55,102 nucleotides of DNA from an uncultured Bifidobacteriaceae bacterium (GCA_964429245.1 CAYSBE010000002.1:1-55102), one strand, 5' to 3'; positions 43,745 to 53,134 are shown, counted from the stretch's first letter. Numbers and translations are program-made. The notes: generated by a model not told the origin, from the sequence alone.

Positions 43745-44593
43745 TCAAGCAGTACGAATGCTTATTTTGTCTATATTTACGATGCTTTGATACAATAACT
43801 CCATGGCCGGAAGCTTTACTTGCAACTCTTCTTCTTCTGTTGCTTCTTCCGTTTCCTCAGCATGATGGTACATGGTCCATTTTCCTTCATTGTATTCAAG
43901 TGCAGTCAGGTTTTCAATCCAGTCGCCTGAATTGAGGTATGTAACTGATCCGTTTTCTGAATGTATTTCTTTTATTGCCGGCTGATGTATATGTCCACAC
44001 ACTACGTAGTCATATTGGTTGTCAATGGCAATATCTACAGCCGTTTGTTCAAAATCATCAATAAACTTTACGGCTTGCTTAACCGAATTTTTCACCTTTT
44101 TACTAAGCGATACTTTGCCTTTTCCCATAGCTTCGCTTATTTTATTTACCACACTGTTGATGAGAATAAGTGTATCATATCCCACAGCGCCAAGTTTGGC
44201 CAGCCATTTTGAGTGTTTCATGGTAATATCAAACACATCGCCATGAAATATCCATGCTTTTTTACCATCCAAGTTCAACACCAATTTATCTAGTATTTCC
44301 AGTTTCCCCATTTTAAAATCGGTAAACTTTCGTAGCATTTCATCGTGGTTTCCGGTAAGGTAATACACTTTGGTATCAGAACTAAGCATTTTAAAAATGC
44401 GTTGCACTACTTTCATATGCGAATCGGGCCAATAGCGTTTTTTAAACTGCCAAATATCAATGATATCACCATTGAGGACAAGAATCTCAGGGTCTATTGA
44501 TTTGAGGTATTTGTTGACTGCTTTCGCTTGACAACCAAATGTTCCGAGGTGAATGTCAGACAATACGGCCAATTTGATTTTTCGCTTGGTCAT
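43745..44593 (-). CDS. Metallophosphoesterase, LpxH-like (UDP-2,3-diacylglucosamine diphosphatase family)
   Basis: 282 aa; LSDIHLG, NGDIIDIW, GNHD and CGHIH metal-ligand motifs. Confidence 0.78.
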   Translation of the reverse strand: MTKRKIKLAVLSDIHLGTFGCQAKAVNKYLKSIDPEILVLNGDIIDIWQFKKRYWPDSHMKVVQRIFKMLSSDTKVYYLTGNHDEMLRKFTDFKMGKLEILDKLVLNLDGKKAWIFHGDVFDITMKHSKWLAKLGAVGYDTLILINSVVNKISEAMGKGKVSLSKKVKNSVKQAVKFIDDFEQTAVDIAIDNQYDYVVCGHIHQPAIKEIHSENGSVTYLNSGDWIENLTALEYNEGKWTMYHHAEETEEATEEEELQVKLPAMELLYQSIVNIDKISIRTA

Positions 44594-44724
44594 GCTTTAA
44601 AATTAATTGAAGCAAATCAAGCCTAACCAAGTGACCAATAGGTTAGCCCGAAGTTATGATAAAGTTAATGCCCCTTGTTTGCACACATTTCGTTGTGTGT
44701 AAACACACCCGTGCGTGCAAAAAA

Positions 44725-44976
44725 CTATTCCTCTTCTATGGCTTCTAATTCGTCTTCTTCCGTCTCGAAAGCATCTCCTACTTCAATCCACTCATCCGTT
44801 TCTTCATCTTGAAACACGATTTCACTATCAAAGGTGTGTATGCACACATCATCCTCGTCATTAAACCAAATGCACTCAAGGTGGTTATTTGATAGGATAT
44901 TGGAGATGGTCATTAAGGGACCACCTGAATTAAGGCGTACTGTGTCGCCTTTCGAAAAAATGATTGTGTTTTCCAT
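44725..44976 (-). CDS. DUF2158 (YodC-like) small protein with an acidic C-terminal tail
   Basis: 83 aa; the GDTVRLNSGGPLMTI motif and a C-terminal ETEEDELEAIEEE. Confidence 0.65.
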   Translation of the reverse strand: MENTIIFSKGDTVRLNSGGPLMTISNILSNNHLECIWFNDEDDVCIHTFDSEIVFQDEETDEWIEVGDAFETEEDELEAIEEE

Positions 44977-45055
44977 AATTGACTTGTAATTATAAGTTAA
45001 TTACAATAGTCAGCAGAGCATGTTATTCTATGGCTATGCAGAAGTGAAATTATCA

Positions 45056-45577
45056 CTAAGATTTTGTATGTTCAACGTATCTTTTCATGATGATACGGAA
45101 CCAATAGGTAAATCTCTCTGGTTGGGTTCTGATTTCTTCCATCAATTTGTCAATCTTAATCCATCGGTATGCAGCTACTTCGTTTTTATTTGTTTCTGGC
45201 TCTTTATCATGACGTCCTACATACACAAAGTCAAGTTCGTGTTCGGTAAGTCCATTATCTAATGGCGCATGGTAGATGAAGTTGAACAATTCGGTTAGCT
45301 CACAATCAAATCCCATTTCTTCTTTTAATCTGCGATGAGCTGCATCAATAGTTTCTTCATTATCACGTGGATGGCTGCAACAGGTATTGGTCCATAATCC
45401 GGCTGAATGGTATTTTCCTAAAGCTCGTTGTTGCAATAGCATCTCATTTTTACTGTTAAATACCAGTACTGAAAATGCCCGGTGCAACAATGCTTTTTGG
45501 TGTGCTTCTTGTTTTTCCATCACCCCAAGCCTGTTGTTATTTTCATCAACCAATATCACATATTCGGTGCTATTCAT
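45056..45577 (-). CDS. idi: Isopentenyl-diphosphate delta-isomerase, type 1 (Nudix)
   Basis: 173 aa; HRAFSVLVFN...LLQQRA..K....GLWTNTCCSHP and the downstream E-rich catalytic region. Confidence 0.9.
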   Translation of the reverse strand: MNSTEYVILVDENNNRLGVMEKQEAHQKALLHRAFSVLVFNSKNEMLLQQRALGKYHSAGLWTNTCCSHPRDNEETIDAAHRRLKEEMGFDCELTELFNFIYHAPLDNGLTEHELDFVYVGRHDKEPETNKNEVAAYRWIKIDKLMEEIRTQPERFTYWFRIIMKRYVEHTKS

Positions 45578-46064
45578 GAATATGTTTTAATTGCATGATT
45601 TCGGCATGTGTTAGTCTGTTACTTACCAATAAGTATGCAACAATTCTTTTACGTAAGTCGCGGTCTTTAACCTCAGGTAGGTGTTGCAATAAACATTTTT
45701 TATCCGCTTCAATGTTTGTGTTGTATCCTAAGAATGCCGGAGTATTGCACTGAATTGACAGGCGGAGGTAATACAATTCTATAACCTTTGGATATTTGTT
45801 TATTAAGCCGTCTAGTTGCGTTTTTCCTTTTTGAAAGGTTTCATACTTTGAAAAGGGATTGAAATAATACTTCGCCATCATTATCTGCATTGCTGCAGCA
45901 TAACCTGCCATCTGTGGTGATTCGCTTACACGTGGTTGTAAATAATTTAGCAGTGAAGTTGCTGTTTGTTCGTTTATAGCTGCTTCTTCATATTGCGTCC
46001 TTACTTTTACCAATTCAGTTATTGCAGTTTCAAACGACATAATCATGGAAATAATCAATAACAT
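45570..46064 (-). CDS. Hypothetical protein embedded in the crtI-crtB-X-idi operon (predicted helical, no recognised family)
   Basis: 164-aa ORF. It starts 3 nt after the crtB stop and overlaps the idi start by 8 nt. Alternative ATG starts lie at 46046 and 46040. Confidence 0.6.
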   Translation of the reverse strand: MLLIISMIMSFETAITELVKVRTQYEEAAINEQTATSLLNYLQPRVSESPQMAGYAAAMQIMMAKYYFNPFSKYETFQKGKTQLDGLINKYPKVIELYYLRLSIQCNTPAFLGYNTNIEADKKCLLQHLPEVKDRDLRKRIVAYLLVSNRLTHAEIMQLKHIHE

Positions 46065-46067
46065 TGT

Positions 46068-46904
46068 TTAAAGCAAATTGAAACTGTGTTTGATATAAGA
46101 GCCAAAAAACAAGACATACTTTTGCTTATCTGGAATTCGCACCCGTTCAGACATGATTTGTTGTGGTTGTAAATTCATTATTTTTCGCAACAAATTAGAA
46201 TAATAAATGTAAGCAACATATACCCCAAATCGAGCATCTCTAGGCAACATTTTTATTCCTTCATATGCAATGTCAAACTCACTTTGAATGTCGCTTTCAA
46301 TCTCTTTTTTTATCTGATTATTCAATTCATTTTGCTGCAATTGCGGAAAATATATGCGCCCCAATTGTTGCGTATCTGCTTTATAGTCTCTCAAGAAGTT
46401 AATCTTTTGAAAGGCTGATCCTAATTTCATGGCAAAAGGCTTCAATCGCTCATACTGATCTTCGTTTCCTGCAACAAATACTTTCAAGCACATTAATCCT
46501 ACCACTTCTGCCGAACCCAAAATATATTTTTCATACAAAGATTGGTCATACGCATGGTCTTCTAAATCCATTTCCATGCTATATAAAAAAGTATCAATTA
46601 ATTGGTGATCTATTTTATATTCATTTACAATCTGCTGAAAAGAGTTTAGTATTGGATTTAAGCTAATGCCTTGCGCAATTGCTTTGAAGGTATCTGCTTT
46701 AAAATCAGCCAACAGTTGACGCTTATCATAGCCATGAAATGTGTCAACAATTTCATCTGCGTATCGCACAAATCCATAAATGGCATAAATAGGGTTATGG
46801 AATTTTTTGGCCAAAAAACGAATACCCATTGAGAATGAAGTACTGTATTCTTGGGTAACCATTTTGCTGGTTCGAAAAGATAAATCGTCAAATAATGCTT
46901 TCAT
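46068..46904 (-). CDS. crtB: Phytoene synthase
   Basis: 278 aa; YGFVRYADEIVD (DxxxD) and NFLRDYKAD second Asp-rich motif of squalene/phytoene synthases. Confidence 0.92.
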   Translation of the reverse strand: MKALFDDLSFRTSKMVTQEYSTSFSMGIRFLAKKFHNPIYAIYGFVRYADEIVDTFHGYDKRQLLADFKADTFKAIAQGISLNPILNSFQQIVNEYKIDHQLIDTFLYSMEMDLEDHAYDQSLYEKYILGSAEVVGLMCLKVFVAGNEDQYERLKPFAMKLGSAFQKINFLRDYKADTQQLGRIYFPQLQQNELNNQIKKEIESDIQSEFDIAYEGIKMLPRDARFGVYVAYIYYSNLLRKIMNLQPQQIMSERVRIPDKQKYVLFFGSYIKHSFNLL

Positions 46905-46914
46905 GTTATCTCTT

Positions 46915-48390
46915 TTACATGTGTTCTTTTTCGATAAGGTTGGCTACTACATTTCCACTGATAATGCTAGGTGGCACCCCAGGACCGGGTACAGTTAATT
47001 GCCCTGCAAAATAAAGGTTCTTTAATTTTTTGCTTTTTATTCTTGGCTTTAGAATTGCAGTTTGCATAAGCGTGTTGGCGAGTCCGTATGCATTTCCTTT
47101 AAATGCGTGGTAGTCACTAATAAAATCACTCATGGCATAGGCGCGTTTGTAAACTACATGTTCCCGAATAGACTGCCCAGTATGTTTTTCAAGCCTGTCT
47201 ATAAGTATATCAAAGTAGGATGCTTTTACTTCTTCTGAATCAGTAAGTCCTGGTGCAGTTGGAATGAGCAAGAATAAATTCTCCATGCCCGCAGGCGCTA
47301 CCGAATCATCTGTTACACTTGGCACCGATGCATAAAATAATGGTGCGGTAGGCCATTGTGGTTTTTTATAAATTTCTTCGGCATGAACCGTAAAGTCTGT
47401 ATCGAAAAAAAGATTATGATGTCTTAGGTTTTTAAGTTTCTTGTTTATGCCTAAATAGTATAACAAACTTGATGGTGCCATTTTGCGATTTTCCCAGTAT
47501 GATTCCGTATAAGTTCTATCTGAAAGTTGCAATAATTTTTGGTCGATGTGGTGGTAATCACCTGCACCTACAATAAAATCTGCAGTAAAAACTTTTCCAT
47601 TTGTACAATGAACGTTGCTGACTTTTCCATTTTTACTTTCAATTTGTGTCACCTCATGGTCGAGCAAAATATTTACACCCTGTTTTTCGGCAATTTTGGT
47701 AAAAGCCTTGATGATATTGTGCATACCGCCCATAGGATACCAAGTTCCCAGGCTCATATCGGCATAATTCATCAAACTATACAATGCAGGCGTATCAACG
47801 GGCAATGCCCCAAGAAACAAAATAGGAAATTCGAGCAGTTCTACCAGAAATGGATGATTTACAAATTGTCGCACGTGTTTTTTCATGCTCGTAAACACAT
47901 CCATTCTCACCAATCCGTACAACAAACGTGAGTCAGCAAACTCTGTGAGACTAAGGCTTGGTTTATACACCAAATCATTGATACCAACTTTGTACTTATA
48001 TGCGGCTTCTTCCAGAAATTTGCGCAACCTGAGCCCGCTTCCGGGTTCGTATTTTTCGAATAAATTTTCGAGCTCCTGCATGTTTGCAGGTATATCCACA
48101 CCCTGTCCGTTTTTATCAAATACCCTGTAACTTGGATTAAGCCTCACCAGGTTGTAAAAATCGGAAGTGGTATAACCAAAATCATTGTAAAATTTTTCAA
48201 ACACATCGGGCATCCAATACCAACTTGGACCCATATCAAACTTAAATCCTTGGGCAGTAAACTCACGAGCACGTCCACCTGCCATATTATTTTTCTCGAG
48301 CACAGTCACGCCAAACCCCTTTTTTGCAAGGTAGGCTGCGGCAGAAAGGCCCGCAACTCCAGATCCGATGACTATAACTTGTTTAGGCAT
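46915..48390 (-). CDS. crtI: Phytoene desaturase
   Basis: 491 aa; FAD fold VIVIGSGVAGLSAAAYLAKKGFGVTVLEKN..GGR and the C-terminal YFAGQLTVPGPGVP. Adjacent to crtB. A TAACTTTG -7 box lies at 48399-48406 (minus strand). Confidence 0.92.
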   Translation of the reverse strand: MPKQVIVIGSGVAGLSAAAYLAKKGFGVTVLEKNNMAGGRAREFTAQGFKFDMGPSWYWMPDVFEKFYNDFGYTTSDFYNLVRLNPSYRVFDKNGQGVDIPANMQELENLFEKYEPGSGLRLRKFLEEAAYKYKVGINDLVYKPSLSLTEFADSRLLYGLVRMDVFTSMKKHVRQFVNHPFLVELLEFPILFLGALPVDTPALYSLMNYADMSLGTWYPMGGMHNIIKAFTKIAEKQGVNILLDHEVTQIESKNGKVSNVHCTNGKVFTADFIVGAGDYHHIDQKLLQLSDRTYTESYWENRKMAPSSLLYYLGINKKLKNLRHHNLFFDTDFTVHAEEIYKKPQWPTAPLFYASVPSVTDDSVAPAGMENLFLLIPTAPGLTDSEEVKASYFDILIDRLEKHTGQSIREHVVYKRAYAMSDFISDYHAFKGNAYGLANTLMQTAILKPRIKSKKLKNLYFAGQLTVPGPGVPPSIISGNVVANLIEKEHM

Positions 48391-48449
48391 TTATTTATCA
48401 AAGTTAAACCAATATGTAACAAATCATGTTAAATATAGTTTCTGCATTG

Positions 48450-50879
48450 TCAAAATTCAAGGATAAATCCGAACGTTGGCAAAAATGTGTCGTTGAAGTT
48501 TTGGCGGATAAACGGCACACCATTCGAACCGTCAATACGGATGGGTTGCCCATCAGTTGTAGCCCAACCACTGTTGTCATCCGTGCGTTTAAACAGGTAA
48601 TCAGGATAAGCCGGACTCTTGTATCTTGTAATGTTTACAATATCAAAAAACACATCTAATGTTATGCGTTTAAAATTCCATTTCTTATCTACCCTAAAGT
48701 CTACTTGGTTGAAGCTTCCCAAGCGTTGTGTGTTTAGTTGGTTAAAATCTGGAATACCCACACCGGTGATCAGGTAATTTTCACGAGAAGCTTGTTCGTT
48801 AAATGGTGTATACGGTGAGCCTCCAGCAAAGCGATACTTTACCCCGACTTCCCATCCTTTTTTAAATTTATATCCGGCAATTAATGACAACAAATGGCGG
48901 GTGTCCCATGCCGATGGAGCAAATTTTCCATTGGCTCCACTAAACTCACTATAGAAAAAGGTGTATGAAACTGTGGCAAAAATATTTTTAGCCAGCTTTT
49001 GTTGCACAAACATTTCCATACCATATGCCCGACCTTTGCCATTGCTGTTTACAGGTTCATTGCCAACGGCACCAAAATTGGTTCCCTCGTTTGCCAACGA
49101 AATTCCTGTAAGCACCGATACCGGATAGTTGAAATATGACTTATAAAATCCTTCGATGGTAACACGTGTGTTTTTTGCTGGCAACAATTCAATACCCGCT
49201 ACATAATGATCAACCCCGATATAGTCTGATGATTTATTTACATACTCACCGGCATCACTCCTAAAACCTAAAACAGTATAGGTTGGCAACCGGTAATAGC
49301 GCCCCACTGAGGCATTGATATTTAGTATGGAGGTAACGGCATAGCTACCAGAAATGCGTGGTGAAAACGTACGCCAAAATTCGTTTCCTTGTGCCATGTA
49401 GGTATTACCATCCATACGCAAACCCAGTGTTATTGTAAGCCTATCATTGGCCATTTTGCGAGATACATCACCATGAATTCCATAACGGAAAAACTCAATA
49501 GCTGAATTGAAATTGAACCGTTGTGGTGGGGTGCTCACATTTCCTGCCGAATCAAGCTCAGCATTGCTAATTACGGTAAAGCCATTGTTGTTAAACTTCA
49601 CATACTGAAATACGCCACCATAACTGTAGCGCCATTTTCCGCTATACTTTTTCACATCCAGCCTGAACTTGTTTTCTATTTCTTGAGATACAATTTCCTG
49701 TGTTTGATAATTTCGGTCGTTGGTACGTCCATCTGCAAAACGTGAGATTTTATTTTCGAACATATTGCGGCTCATTGAAAAATTAAGGTACCCATTTTGA
49801 ATACGTCTTTTTAAAACACCTCCGATTGTATAATTCCATTGGTTAATTATGGGTGTTGAATTCAATACATAAATATCTTCGGGAGTTGAATTTTTGGTGG
49901 TTGCAAAACTGAATTGATCAATAGCTCCAACACCCAATGTGGTAAGCGTAGTTTTATCGTTAATTTTAGTGGTCGTTTTATACTGAAAATCCCAATAATC
50001 GGGCCTGATAGGCAGATCAAGAAAACTAAATAAAAACTGTAAGTAACTTCTTCTGGCAGAAAGCAAATAGGTTGTATTTTTAGTTAACGGTCCGTCAAGT
50101 GTTAGGCCAAACTCCGATGCACTTAGCCTTACGTTACCTTGTAAGCGCTCCCTGTTTCCGTCACGTTGTTTGAAATTCAAAACAGAAGAAAGTGTGTTGT
50201 CAACCCCAGCAGCAAAACTGCTTGAATTAAGGGTTACGTCTTCAATAAACGAAACATTGAGTATGCCTTGTGGGCCTCCAGCAGCGCCTTGTGTACTAAA
50301 GTGATTGATAACTGGAATTTCAATGCCATCTAGGTAAAATACATTTTCGCCCGGTCCTCCTCCTCGAATCAATATATCATTTCTAAATGCTCCACCACCC
50401 GTATTCCCACCCACACCAGGTAGCGCTTGTATTACACGGCTAATATCAAAGTTTCCTCCGGGATTACTTTTAATTTCTTCGGCAGTAAGGCTCTGTACAG
50501 AAAGTGGTGATTCCGCTTTTTTGCCAAAAGTGCGGGTAGTAATTACGACCTCATCTAATTTCTTTTGCTCTTCTTCCAGTTCAACATTAAAGGTGAGAAT
50601 ATTACCTGTGTTCACTACAATATTGTAGAGCACTTTGGGTTCATAGCCAAGATACTGAAATTTCAGGTTATATGTTTTAGGCGGTATATTAGCTATCCTG
50701 AATCGGCCTTCGGCATCAGTTTGCGCTCCTAGGGAAGTGCCTTCAAGTAAAACCGTAGCACCGATAAGCGGCTCTTGTGATTTACGGTCTAGCACCTTGC
50801 CTGTGATGATACCCGTTTGGGAAAATGCTGTAAAAATTGAGGTAACAATAAAACCAAATGTGATAAGTATATGTTTCAT
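48450..50879 (-). CDS. TonB-dependent outer-membrane receptor with an N-terminal CarboxypepD_reg domain
   Basis: ATG at 50879 gives MKHILITFGFIVTSIFTAFSQ. GIITGKVLD...EGRFRI...YNLKFQYLGYE is a carboxypeptidase-regulatory-like domain. This is followed by a plug region, a long beta-barrel and a terminal ...GFILEF. Confidence 0.88.
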   Translation of the reverse strand: MKHILITFGFIVTSIFTAFSQTGIITGKVLDRKSQEPLIGATVLLEGTSLGAQTDAEGRFRIANIPPKTYNLKFQYLGYEPKVLYNIVVNTGNILTFNVELEEEQKKLDEVVITTRTFGKKAESPLSVQSLTAEEIKSNPGGNFDISRVIQALPGVGGNTGGGAFRNDILIRGGGPGENVFYLDGIEIPVINHFSTQGAAGGPQGILNVSFIEDVTLNSSSFAAGVDNTLSSVLNFKQRDGNRERLQGNVRLSASEFGLTLDGPLTKNTTYLLSARRSYLQFLFSFLDLPIRPDYWDFQYKTTTKINDKTTLTTLGVGAIDQFSFATTKNSTPEDIYVLNSTPIINQWNYTIGGVLKRRIQNGYLNFSMSRNMFENKISRFADGRTNDRNYQTQEIVSQEIENKFRLDVKKYSGKWRYSYGGVFQYVKFNNNGFTVISNAELDSAGNVSTPPQRFNFNSAIEFFRYGIHGDVSRKMANDRLTITLGLRMDGNTYMAQGNEFWRTFSPRISGSYAVTSILNINASVGRYYRLPTYTVLGFRSDAGEYVNKSSDYIGVDHYVAGIELLPAKNTRVTIEGFYKSYFNYPVSVLTGISLANEGTNFGAVGNEPVNSNGKGRAYGMEMFVQQKLAKNIFATVSYTFFYSEFSGANGKFAPSAWDTRHLLSLIAGYKFKKGWEVGVKYRFAGGSPYTPFNEQASRENYLITGVGIPDFNQLNTQRLGSFNQVDFRVDKKWNFKRITLDVFFDIVNITRYKSPAYPDYLFKRTDDNSGWATTDGQPIRIDGSNGVPFIRQNFNDTFLPTFGFILEF

Positions 50880-50918
50880 TTGTACAAAATTGTACAAGTA
50901 TAGACAAACATTGTACAT
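50879..50918. promoter_or_regulatory. Three TTGTACA(A/T) palindromic boxes in the 59-bp divergent promoter between the TonB receptor and the MarR-crt operon; candidate operator
   Basis: TTTGTACAAA (50879-50888, a perfect 10-bp palindrome overlapping the receptor start codon), TTGTACAA (50890-50897) and TTGTACAT (50911-50918). Centres are spaced 10 and 21 bp apart. Confidence 0.4.
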
Positions 50919-50938
50919 AATTGTTTTAAATATTATTA

Positions 50939-51574
50939 ATGAACAACACAAAGCATATAGCCGAACTGATACAGCTGTTTGAAAAATTTGAACACACCAC
51001 GCAACAAGCTGATGTAAATAGCTTTATTGCATGGGCTGCCCGTGAGAGACAGGTTGGTACAGCCATAAAAATAGGCGCGGCCGATTTGCATGCAAATGAA
51101 AAGGTGGAAGAAACCGATGTGAGCATCAGCATATTGCTAAGTATGCTCAATAAATACGCGAAGGCTTACAGCAAAACCGCTATGACCGGACTTCCCCTCA
51201 GCACACCAGAAGAATTTGGCTACATGGCAAGACTTTCAAGCTTTCACGAAATGCCCAAAACCGAACTGGCCACGAGTGGCATGGAAGGCAAAACCACGGG
51301 AATGGAAATGGTAAACCGCCTTATGGCAAACGGCTTGATTAAAGAAAAAATAAACCCGGGAGATAAGCGCAGCAAGCTGGTGCACCTTACGCCCAAAGGC
51401 CGAACTATTCTGGCCGAGTGTTATATCAGAATGGGGAAAGTGGCTACGTTTGTATCGGCCGACCTGACCAAAACCGAAAAGCAAACCCTCAAGAAAATAT
51501 TGTTGAAACTAGAAGCTTACCACAAAATGAATGAAGCCGAAATTGAAGTAGCTTTGTTAAACAGCATTTCATGA
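50939..51574 (+). CDS. MarR-family winged-helix transcriptional regulator with an about 70-aa N-terminal extension
   Basis: 211 aa; wHTH region PKTELATSGMEGKTTGMEMVNRLMANGLIKEKINPGDKRSKLVHLTPKG. Its stop overlaps the crtD-like start (ATGA). Confidence 0.82.
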   Translation: MNNTKHIAELIQLFEKFEHTTQQADVNSFIAWAARERQVGTAIKIGAADLHANEKVEETDVSISILLSMLNKYAKAYSKTAMTGLPLSTPEEFGYMARLSSFHEMPKTELATSGMEGKTTGMEMVNRLMANGLIKEKINPGDKRSKLVHLTPKGRTILAECYIRMGKVATFVSADLTKTEKQTLKKILLKLEAYHKMNEAEIEVALLNSIS

Positions 51575-53052
51575 AATCAGAAAAAACAATCATCATTGGC
51601 TCCGGTATAGCAGGTTTGGCAGCTGCGGTTAGGCTCGCAGTGGCAAAACATGAAGTACATGTGTTTGAAGCCAACGCATATCCGGGAGGCAAACTCACCG
51701 AAATAAGTGCGAACGGTTACCGCTTTGATGCCGGTCCTTCGTTGTTTACATTGCCCCAACTGGTAACCGAATTGTTTGAACTTGCAGGACGTAATCCACG
51801 CAATTATTTTCAGTACATACAGCTCGAAAAAGCCTGTAATTACTTTTATGAAGATGGCACCCGTTTTACTGCATACCACAACCGCGAAAAATTTGCAGAA
51901 GAGCTTAAAAACAAACTCGGCATTAAAAATGTGGAGGCCGTGTTTAGCCAACTAGATAAAGCCTCATTTCGTTATCGCATTACCACACCCATATTTATAG
52001 AATACAGTTTGCACCGGCTTAAAAATTATACCAATCTGCAAACGTTGAAAGGGGTGTTGAATAGCATGAAGCTAAACCTATTTAGCACCATGAATGAGGA
52101 GAATGAAACCGAAATTTCAGACAAACGATTGGTGCAATATTTCAACCGCTTTGCTACCTACAATGGCAGCAGTCCTTATATGGCACCTGCATTGCTTAAT
52201 ATGATACCACACCTTGAGCATAATATTGGTACATTTTTTCCCATAAAAGGTATGCACGATATTACACAAAGCATTTATAACCTAGCTATGGAATTGGGTG
52301 TAAAGTTTCATTTCAATTCTCATGTTACAGAAATTGTAACCGAAAAAAACAAGGTAAAAGGCATCCGCACAGGCGATGAATTTCATGCTGCTGATATCGT
52401 TATAAGCAATGCCGACATTCATCCCACCTACCGCAAGCTGATGCCCAAACACAAACATCCCGAAAAAATTCTGGCACAAGAAAAATCTTCCTCAGCACTT
52501 ATATTTTACTGGGGTATCAACCGCACATTTCCCGAACTTGATTTACACAATATCCTTTTCAGTGCCGATTATGAAACCGAGTTTGACTGTATTTTTAAGC
52601 AGAAAAATATTTATAAAGACCCAACTATCTACATCAACATTACCTCCAAATACAAAACTGATGACGCACCAACAGGTTGCGAAAACTGGTTTGTGATGAT
52701 AAACGTGCCCAACAACAGCGACCAAAACTGGGATGAATTGATTGGAGAAGCACGAAAAAATATTGTGGCTAAAATAAACCGTCTGCTTAAGTGCGATATT
52801 GATAAACATATAGCTTCAGAAGAAATACTGGAGCCACGTACAATTGAGAGCAAAACTTCATCATTTGCAGGTGCATTGTATGGCAATGCCAGCAACAATA
52901 GATATGCAGCATTTTTGCGACACAAGAATTTTTCATCCGATATCAAGGGGTTGTACTTTTGTGGTGGAAGTGTACATCCCGGAGGCGGTATTCCGCTTTG
53001 CCTCAACAGTGCCAAAATTGTTGCCAGGTTAATTAAAGAAGATTTATCATAA
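51571..53052 (+). CDS. crtD: CrtI-family carotenoid desaturase, CrtD-like (hydroxycarotenoid 3,4-desaturase candidate)
   Basis: 493 aa; FAD fold TIIIGSGIAGLAAAVRLAVAKHEVHVFEAN.YPGGK and the C-terminal LYFCGGSVHPGGGIP. It is a second CrtI paralogue, next to the cruF-like gene. Confidence 0.78.
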   Translation: MKSEKTIIIGSGIAGLAAAVRLAVAKHEVHVFEANAYPGGKLTEISANGYRFDAGPSLFTLPQLVTELFELAGRNPRNYFQYIQLEKACNYFYEDGTRFTAYHNREKFAEELKNKLGIKNVEAVFSQLDKASFRYRITTPIFIEYSLHRLKNYTNLQTLKGVLNSMKLNLFSTMNEENETEISDKRLVQYFNRFATYNGSSPYMAPALLNMIPHLEHNIGTFFPIKGMHDITQSIYNLAMELGVKFHFNSHVTEIVTEKNKVKGIRTGDEFHAADIVISNADIHPTYRKLMPKHKHPEKILAQEKSSSALIFYWGINRTFPELDLHNILFSADYETEFDCIFKQKNIYKDPTIYINITSKYKTDDAPTGCENWFVMINVPNNSDQNWDELIGEARKNIVAKINRLLKCDIDKHIASEEILEPRTIESKTSSFAGALYGNASNNRYAAFLRHKNFSSDIKGLYFCGGSVHPGGGIPLCLNSAKIVARLIKEDLS

Positions 53053-53134
53053 TGACTTTGCAGTAAATTGTCTGAAAAGTTATGATTGGAGACTCGTTGC
53101 ATTTGGGCGAATATTTGTAAACTTGCAGCCAAAT

